Assembly: GCA_015075365.1 (NCBI GenBank)
Contig: JABTUN010000003.1
Coordinates: 601,060 to 665,059, forward strand
DNA: 64,000 bases
Source of the DNA: Verrucomicrobiaceae bacterium
GTDB taxonomy: Bacteria > Verrucomicrobiota > Verrucomicrobiia > Verrucomicrobiales > Verrucomicrobiaceae
Reading direction: 5' to 3'
In this document: positions 57,804 through 64,000 of the stretch, piece after piece
Numbering within the stretch: position 1 is the first letter of the stretch
Layout: each line of letters opens with the position of its first letter
The notes under the pieces: model-generated
The model's database searches: none
Seen by the model: only the letters and a program-made list of their open reading frames with translations
Told to the model about the DNA's origin: nothing
Translations under genes and position numbers: made by a program

Positions 57804-59239
57804 GGTGTGACTCTCACAGCGCGGCCCGGAAGGGCATCTTTCACGAGTTTGCCATCCCGCACGACGAAAGTGCCACCCACGATGACGTGTGAAATGCCCG
57901 CCGAGGGCGTGGTGGGTGCCTCAAAGGTGGCGCGGTCGATGATGGTGGCGGCGTCAAAGACCGTGATGTCCGCGTCGGCTCCAATGGCGATGCGGCCTTT
58001 GTGTTTCATCATCGGGAGGTGGGCTTCGAGGCGCTTCGCGGGCAGGATGGTCATCTTCGCGAGTGCATCCATGAGCGGCAGCAGTTTCTTGTCGCGGGAG
58101 TAGTGGCCGAGCACTCGGGCAAAGGTGCCCGCGCCGCGAGGATGTCCTTTGCCATCCACAAACGGCACGCCGTCGCTCGCGATCATGACGCCGGGATGCG
58201 CGATGGCCTTCTCCACATTCGCGTCCTTCATCATGTACATGATCACCCAGCCGCCTTGCTTGCGGTAGCGTTCAAAACTCTCCTGCGTGAGCCGTTCGCC
58301 CGTCGCAGTCCACACGATGTCCCCGTAGCTGATGCGCAGATTTTCCTGCCAGCCGGGGTTGAACATCGCGGACTCCAGCATCGTGGACGCGGCGGTGTAG
58401 GGATAGACCTCCGTGGTCAGATCCATGCCTGCGGCGCGGCTTTCGTCGATCAATTGGAGCACCTGCGGCACATCGGAGATGCCGCTGCTTCCGATATGGA
58501 CGATGTGCAGCGCCGCGCCGGTCTTTTTTGCCGTGTCGATGGCCTCGCGGATCGGCGCGATGCCAAAGGCGCGCGTGTGAACGAACGCAGGCACCTTGCG
58601 CTCCGCGGCGATGCGAAACAGCGCCTCGATCTCCTCCGGCGTGGCCGCAGGCGTGTAATTGATGCCGAAGCCGATACCCAGCGCGCCTTCGTCGAGTCCT
58701 TCGCGGATCGCCGTGCTCATGCGCTGCATTTCTTCCGGCCCCGCCACCTTGTTTGCCCCGGCGGGATTCGGCCCCAGCAGCGCCAGCCTACTCCTGCCGC
58801 CGCCCCATTGGCCCACGCGCATCTCCGGGTGAAATGCCGCAAAGCGCGCGGAGATGTGTCCCACCGTCGCGCCATAATGAATCGGCGCCTTGCCCTTTCT
58901 CGACGCATACCACGCCGCCACGGGATACACGCCGCCCTCCATCTCCAGCGCCGTCGTCACGCCGTCCTGCGCCTTGATCTGCAAATCCTCCGTCGTCTGC
59001 CCATGCGCGTGCAGGTCGATGAATCCCGGCGAAACGGCGAGTCCGGCTGCATTGACCACTTTGTCACCCGTGAGCGGCGTTTCGGAGATCGCGCTGATTT
59101 TTCCACCCGTGACAGCGATGTGCCGCACCGCGTCGAGATTCGTCGCCGGGTCCATGACGCGGCCATTGGCGATGACGAGATCGTGGGCGGAAAGAGGCAG
59201 CGAGGCGGCAAGGAGCGCAAAGATGAATCGGGCTTTCAT
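57800..59239 (-). CDS. Amidohydrolase (N-acyl-D-amino-acid deacylase-like)
   Basis: [39 protein letters not shown]. Confidence 0.88.
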   Translation of the reverse strand: MKARFIFALLAASLPLSAHDLVIANGRVMDPATNLDAVRHIAVTGGKISAISETPLTGDKVVNAAGLAVSPGFIDLHAHGQTTEDLQIKAQDGVTTALEMEGGVYPVAAWYASRKGKAPIHYGATVGHISARFAAFHPEMRVGQWGGGRSRLALLGPNPAGANKVAGPEEMQRMSTAIREGLDEGALGIGFGINYTPAATPEEIEALFRIAAERKVPAFVHTRAFGIAPIREAIDTAKKTGAALHIVHIGSSGISDVPQVLQLIDESRAAGMDLTTEVYPYTAASTMLESAMFNPGWQENLRISYGDIVWTATGERLTQESFERYRKQGGWVIMYMMKDANVEKAIAHPGVMIASDGVPFVDGKGHPRGAGTFARVLGHYSRDKKLLPLMDALAKMTILPAKRLEAHLPMMKHKGRIAIGADADITVFDAATIIDRATFEAPTTPSAGISHVIVGGTFVVRDGKLVKDALPGRAVRVTP

Positions 59240-59270
59240 GAGAGGCTGGAAAATGGCCCGCACACCGAGT

Positions 59271-60641
59271 TCAGCCAACCAATTCACTGATCACCTGCCC
59301 GCCTTCGACCACGATGGGACGCGGGCGGCCCTGGGGATCGATCCAGTGAGTGTTTTGCTCGATGCCGAGATGATGAAACACCGTCGCGGCGAGATCACCG
59401 GGCGCGACGCGACGGCTGTCGATGTCGCCGCCCTGCTTGTCGGTGCTGCCGATGACCTGGCCGTGCCTCATGCCGCCACCAGCGACGACCATGGACATCA
59501 CACGCGGCCAGTGATCGCGTCCGGCGTTCTTGTTGATGGTCGGGCTGCGGCCAAACTCGCCGAGCATGAGAATGAGCGTGCTGTCGAGCAGGCCGCGGTC
59601 TTCGAGATCGGTGACGATGGCGTGCAGCGTGCGGTCCACACTGGGCAGCAACGGCGTGAGGCCCTTTTTGATGCCGCCCCACTTCACCTCATCGCCATGA
59701 TGATCGAAGTAACCCCACGCGCCGCTCACGGTGACAAAAGTGGAACCGGCTTCGACCAGACGACGCGCCAGCAGCGCTTTTTCGCCGAGACTGTCGCGAC
59801 CGTAGCGGTCGCGCATCGCGGGTGTCTCGGCATCGAGATTGAAGGCGCGTTGCGCTGCGCCGGTCATGAGAACCTCGTAGGCCTGCTGCGTGTAGCGATC
59901 CGCGGCGGCGATCTGCGCATTGCCATCCACGCTACGCTTCCAGTCGTCCATCTGCGCGAGCAAATCACGACGGTTGCCGAGTCGCTCGATGGTCAGGCCC
60001 TCGGAGAGCTTGAGGCGGCCGGACAAATCCTTGCCGCTGACCGGTTCAAAGTCGCCACCCATGTGCCCCGCGCCCCAGATGTCGGCAGGCAGCGAATCAG
60101 CGAGCGCCACGTAGCCAGGAATGCCCGGTGCATTCGCGCCACGAAATTTCGCCGCGATCGAGCCCATCGACGGCCAGCCACCGCCATCGCGACCATCATT
60201 CGTGCGTTTGGCGAGCGGATTGCAGGCCTGCATCGTGATCGGCGTGTGATTGCTGGCGCTGCAATCGACGGAGCGGATCAGCGTGAGCCTGTCCATGATC
60301 TTCGCGGTGAGCGGCAAGTGCTCGCACACATGAATGCCGGGCACTTTCGTCGCGATGTGACCAAAGGGTCCGCGAATCTCGCTCGGCGCGTCCGGTTTCG
60401 GGTCCCACATGTCGATGTGGCTCGGTCCGCCGGAGAGCCAGAACAGGATCACGTTCGTCTTGCTCTTCGCCTGTCCGCTTGCGACCGCCAGCGCCTGCGT
60501 TTGGAGCAGCGAAGGCATCGAAACGCCCGCCAGACCCGCGAGACCGGTCTGAAGAAACCCGCGCCGCGTGGAGCCGACGCGCAGCAAATCTCCGCGAGCG
60601 GGACTGAAGGCCTGGGTGATGGATGCAGTCGTGGGATTCAT
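59271..60641 (-). CDS. DUF1501 family protein
   Basis: TRRGFLQ, WLSGGPSHIDMWDPKP, LARRLVEAG, GEFGRSP, GRDHWP. Confidence 0.9.
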   Translation of the reverse strand: MNPTTASITQAFSPARGDLLRVGSTRRGFLQTGLAGLAGVSMPSLLQTQALAVASGQAKSKTNVILFWLSGGPSHIDMWDPKPDAPSEIRGPFGHIATKVPGIHVCEHLPLTAKIMDRLTLIRSVDCSASNHTPITMQACNPLAKRTNDGRDGGGWPSMGSIAAKFRGANAPGIPGYVALADSLPADIWGAGHMGGDFEPVSGKDLSGRLKLSEGLTIERLGNRRDLLAQMDDWKRSVDGNAQIAAADRYTQQAYEVLMTGAAQRAFNLDAETPAMRDRYGRDSLGEKALLARRLVEAGSTFVTVSGAWGYFDHHGDEVKWGGIKKGLTPLLPSVDRTLHAIVTDLEDRGLLDSTLILMLGEFGRSPTINKNAGRDHWPRVMSMVVAGGGMRHGQVIGSTDKQGGDIDSRRVAPGDLAATVFHHLGIEQNTHWIDPQGRPRPIVVEGGQVISELVG

Positions 60642-60703
60642 GCGCGTGGCGTGGAGTTGCTCCCAAACCTACGCCGCCACATTGCCTGACTTGCCGGACA
60701 GCC

Positions 60704-62101
60704 TCAAATCAGCTCTGCGATCGGCTGGCCGAGATCGACGAGATACTGCGGTCTGCCGGTGGTGTCGGTCAGCGTTGTGCCGCGGGCGTCGATGCCAAGA
60801 TGCTGATACAGCGTGGCGATGACGTCTTGATAATGCACGGGCCGCTCGGTGGCTTCGGCAGCATGTTTGTCGGTGGCACCTATGACCTGGCCGGTTTTGA
60901 GATGACCTCCGGCCATGATGCCCATGGCTACCTTCGGCCAGTGATCGCGCCCTGCCTTGTCATTGATCTTCGGTGTGCGGCCAAACTCACCCCAGACGAT
61001 GATCATCACGTCCTGCAACATGCCGCGTTCGTCGAGATCGGTTACGAGCGTGTGCAGCGCGTGGTCGATCAGCGGGCCGAGGTAGCGCATGGCGGAGAAA
61101 TTGCGCATGTGCGTGTCGAAATCACTGATGGAGATGCTCACGCAGCGCACACCGGCCTCGATCAAGCGCCGTGCGAGCAGGAACTTCTGCGCGCACTTCG
61201 GGCTCTCCATGGAGCCATAGGCATCGGCTGGTCGAATAATGCGCGGTGTGTAGCGTTCGAGCATCTTGGGGTCCTCTTTGCTCAGATCCATCGCGTCGGC
61301 TAACCGGCCTGAAGTGAGAATTCCGAGCGAGAGTTGATTGAACTCGTCCAGCGCGTGCATGGAGCCGCTGGTGTCGATGTCGCGGCGGATCGTGTCGAGA
61401 TCGCGCAACAGCGAGACCCGATCTTCGAGCCGCCCGACGGTCAGGCCTTTCGTCAGCGCGAGACTTTGATTGTGGCCCGAGCCGCGACGCGCCAGTTCCG
61501 CCTTCATGCCTTCCTCCAACTGGCGCTCGAACAAGTGCGAGATGTCCGGGCGAAACGCGGAAGATGCGGTGCCGAGGAAGCCGGGACGCGCGCTGTTGCG
61601 CACGAGCGGGCGGCCCTGCATGAGATCGACAAAGGCGGGCGCGGAGTCCTTTGAGGTGCTCAGCAGCTTGCTCACCACACAGCCCATCGCAGGCCGGCCG
61701 CCTATGAAGGCGAGATCCTTTTCCTCAAAGCCCGACTGGCACTGAAACGCATTGTGCGCGCCCGCCGCGCCGACCAAAGAGCGCAGGAAGACATACTTGT
61801 CCGCGTTCGCTGCGATCCGAGGCAGCAGTTCCGTCAGATGCAGCCCCGGAATCTTCGTCGGCAGCGATTTGAACTCACCGCGAATCTCGCTCGGCGCATT
61901 TGGCTTCGGGTCGATGAGGTCCATCTGCGGCGGACCGCCGTCGAGATGGATATTGATCACCGCCTTGGTCGAAGAACGAATACCCGCCGCCGACTCGGCA
62001 CGCAGCAGATTCGCCAGACCGAGCGAGCCAATGCCCATCGCGCCTGCTTTCAGGAAGCTGCGGCGGTGGTGGCCTGTGTTGCTGCTCGGGAAGGTGAACA
62101 T
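60704..62101 (-). CDS. DUF1501 family protein
   Basis: RRSFLK, HLDGGPPQMDLIDPKP, LARRLIEAG, GEFGRTP, GRDHWP. Confidence 0.9.
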   Translation of the reverse strand: MFTFPSSNTGHHRRSFLKAGAMGIGSLGLANLLRAESAAGIRSSTKAVINIHLDGGPPQMDLIDPKPNAPSEIRGEFKSLPTKIPGLHLTELLPRIAANADKYVFLRSLVGAAGAHNAFQCQSGFEEKDLAFIGGRPAMGCVVSKLLSTSKDSAPAFVDLMQGRPLVRNSARPGFLGTASSAFRPDISHLFERQLEEGMKAELARRGSGHNQSLALTKGLTVGRLEDRVSLLRDLDTIRRDIDTSGSMHALDEFNQLSLGILTSGRLADAMDLSKEDPKMLERYTPRIIRPADAYGSMESPKCAQKFLLARRLIEAGVRCVSISISDFDTHMRNFSAMRYLGPLIDHALHTLVTDLDERGMLQDVMIIVWGEFGRTPKINDKAGRDHWPKVAMGIMAGGHLKTGQVIGATDKHAAEATERPVHYQDVIATLYQHLGIDARGTTLTDTTGRPQYLVDLGQPIAELI

Positions 62102-62203
62102 GCGTCCCGGAACTACGGTGGTGTTCGCTGGCAGCTTTCCTTTCTTCACGACAACACGGCGCAGGGGCAAGTCCGCCCACCCGCGGCGCGTAGTGAAGCG
62201 CTC

Positions 62204-63547
62204 ATGAAATTCATCCTGCTGTCACTGTTCCTCTCACCGCTTGCCCTTCTCGCAGCGGACACTCAAAGACAAGTCGGGGCCGCGTCGGTGGACATCACAC
62301 CGGATTATCCGGTGCGGCTCAGCGGCTACGGCGGGCGGCGTTTGCCGAACACGGGCGTCTCACAACACATCTTTGCCAAGGCGCTGGCGATTGGCAGTGA
62401 TGCGGAAGGCCCGGCGGTGATCGTGACGGTGGACAATTGCGGCGTGCCCGCCGCGATGCGTGACGAGGTGCTGAAACGCCTCATGACGAAAACGAAAGTC
62501 AGGAACGAACGCTTTGCCATCTGCTCCAGCCACACGCATTGCGCGCCGATGCTCATCGGCGTCCTGCCGAACCTTTTCAGCATGGACATTCCGCTGGAGC
62601 ATCTGCCGGCCATCGAGCGCTACACGCGCGAATTGACGGACCATATCGAAAAAGTCGCGCTCGCAGCCCTGGCGGACCGCAAACCGGCCACGCTGGCCTG
62701 GAGCGTCGGAAAAGTCGGTTTCGCGGCGAACCGGCGGAATTTTCCGACCAAGCCGGTGGATCACGACCTGCCCGTTTTGCGCGCCACGGGCGAGGATGGC
62801 AAGGTGCGGGCCATTTTGACCAGCTACGCCTGCCACTGCACGACCATCGGCATTGATGAAATCCACGGCGACTGGGCTGGATGCGCTCAGGAGGCGCTAC
62901 AACGCGAGTTTCCCGGCGCCATCGCCCTCACGGCGATCGGCTGCGGCGCGGATCAGAATCCAAACCCGCGCCGCACGATGGAACTCGTCAAAAAATACGG
63001 CGAGGACCTTGGCGCGGAGGCAAAACGACTCGTGCAGGCGGAGATGAAGCCCGTGAACGGGCCGGTGACATGCAACGCCAAACAGATCGAGCTGGCCTTC
63101 GACAAACTGCCCACGCGCGAGGAATGGCAGGCGCTGGCGGAGTCGAAAACACCTGCCATCGCCTACCACGCGAAGAAAAATCTGGCCCGCATGAATCGCG
63201 GTGAAAAGCTGCCGACACACCTGCCTTATCTCGTGCAGACATGGAGCTTCGGTGGCGATCTGGCGATGGTCTTCCTGCCCGGCGAGATCACGGTCGATTA
63301 CTCCCTGCGCATCAAGCGCGAGTTTGACCACGCCCGCATGTGGGTGAACGGCTACTCCAACGACGTGCCCTGCTATGTGCCCTCACGGCGTGTGCTCGAC
63401 GAGGGCGGCTACGAAGGCGCGGGAGCGATGGTCTATTACGACCGCCCGACGAAATTCGCACCCGATGTGGAGGAGCGCATCATGAAGGCGGTGCATGAGG
63501 TCACGCCGAAGGATTTTCTCCCACCCGCCACCAGCCCCAAGCCATGA
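62204..63547 (+). CDS. Neutral/alkaline ceramidase-like secreted protein (paralog of 55698-57038)
   Basis: GAASVDITP..LSGYG, SHTHCAP, YACHCT, GADQNP, GYSND..YVPS..EGGYEG. Confidence 0.8.
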   Translation: MKFILLSLFLSPLALLAADTQRQVGAASVDITPDYPVRLSGYGGRRLPNTGVSQHIFAKALAIGSDAEGPAVIVTVDNCGVPAAMRDEVLKRLMTKTKVRNERFAICSSHTHCAPMLIGVLPNLFSMDIPLEHLPAIERYTRELTDHIEKVALAALADRKPATLAWSVGKVGFAANRRNFPTKPVDHDLPVLRATGEDGKVRAILTSYACHCTTIGIDEIHGDWAGCAQEALQREFPGAIALTAIGCGADQNPNPRRTMELVKKYGEDLGAEAKRLVQAEMKPVNGPVTCNAKQIELAFDKLPTREEWQALAESKTPAIAYHAKKNLARMNRGEKLPTHLPYLVQTWSFGGDLAMVFLPGEITVDYSLRIKREFDHARMWVNGYSNDVPCYVPSRRVLDEGGYEGAGAMVYYDRPTKFAPDVEERIMKAVHEVTPKDFLPPATSPKP

Positions 63548-64000
63548 ACCCGCCCAAACCTGCCGCCATTCTCAAAGACAAGATGATGAAGGGGCACGCC
63601 GTCTTTGGCATGCTCGTGCAGCACGCCGTGGTGCCCGCGATTGTCGATTTCATCCCGGACGGCAGCCTGGATTTTGTCATCGTCACCGCCGAGCACAACG
63701 CGCTCGACATCGCCGACTTCATGCCGCTGCGCCACGCGCTGGCTGCCAAGGGCATCGCCACGCTGGCCCGCACGCACAGCCGTGATGCCGATGACGTGGC
63801 CAAGGTGTGCGATTCGTTTGATGGCGTCGTCATTCCCTACGCGGAGGACGTGGAGCAGCTCAAACGCCTGGCCGCCGCTGCGATCTACCGCCCGCTCAAG
63901 GGCGAGGCGCTGGAACGCGTGATCAAGGAAGGCAAGTGGCCCAGCGAGAAGACGCGTGAGTATGTCGCTCAAAAGTGCGCCGACACGCTCTTCGTGCCGA
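63544..64000 (+). CDS. HpcH/HpaI aldolase family protein, N-terminal part (runs off the window edge)
   Basis: Manual translation MNPPKPAAILKDKMMKGHAVFGM..DFVIVTAEHN..DGVVIPY. The ATG overlaps the previous stop codon (ATGA). Confidence 0.65.
   Translation, partial: MNPPKPAAILKDKMMKGHAVFGMLVQHAVVPAIVDFIPDGSLDFVIVTAEHNALDIADFMPLRHALAAKGIATLARTHSRDADDVAKVCDSFDGVVIPYAEDVEQLKRLAAAAIYRPLKGEALERVIKEGKWPSEKTREYVAQKCADTLFVP

Noticed and set aside
1-64000. rRNA, tRNA, prophage or BtubA/B genes
   Set aside because: None recognised by eye; tRNAscan-SE or Infernal would be needed to exclude small RNAs and riboswitches.

Overview
High-GC bacterial chromosomal window. The gene content (DUF1501 x3, DUF1080 x2, sulfatases, ceramidase-like proteins, a PEP-CTERM protein, a bactofilin pair) points to Verrucomicrobiota, plausibly Verrucomicrobiaceae/Prosthecobacter-like; this is an inference from gene content, not from a marker gene. 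The backbone carries thrS, ribD, a PilC/GspF-family gene, an iscA-like/hscB pair, Lrp plus aminotransferase, recQ, rpoN, proA, moeB, a NUDIX hydrolase, LPS-type glycosyltransferases and many secreted hydrolases. The main accessory feature is a decayed integron at about 7.8-10.3 kb. It has an attI-like core (GTTAGGC at 8253), two near-identical 93-bp attC sites and three cassettes, the first encoding a HEPN (RNxxAH) protein with an extra C-terminal domain. A perfect 33-bp palindrome abuts attI, and a divergent, truncated integrase-position ORF is broken by a CCGCCCT array. Next to it (6.4-7.6 kb) is a dense mosaic of 21-bp tandem arrays, a MITE and hairpins. A third array (41/42-bp units with a 124-bp higher-order period) sits directly upstream of an ArsR-like HTH gene carrying two compensating frameshifts. 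Gene fragments cluster at 35.5-37.4 kb. No rRNA, tRNA or CRISPR array was recognised. Product names come from motif recognition by eye, with no database searches. Many start codons were trimmed from the ORF track to the most plausible start.
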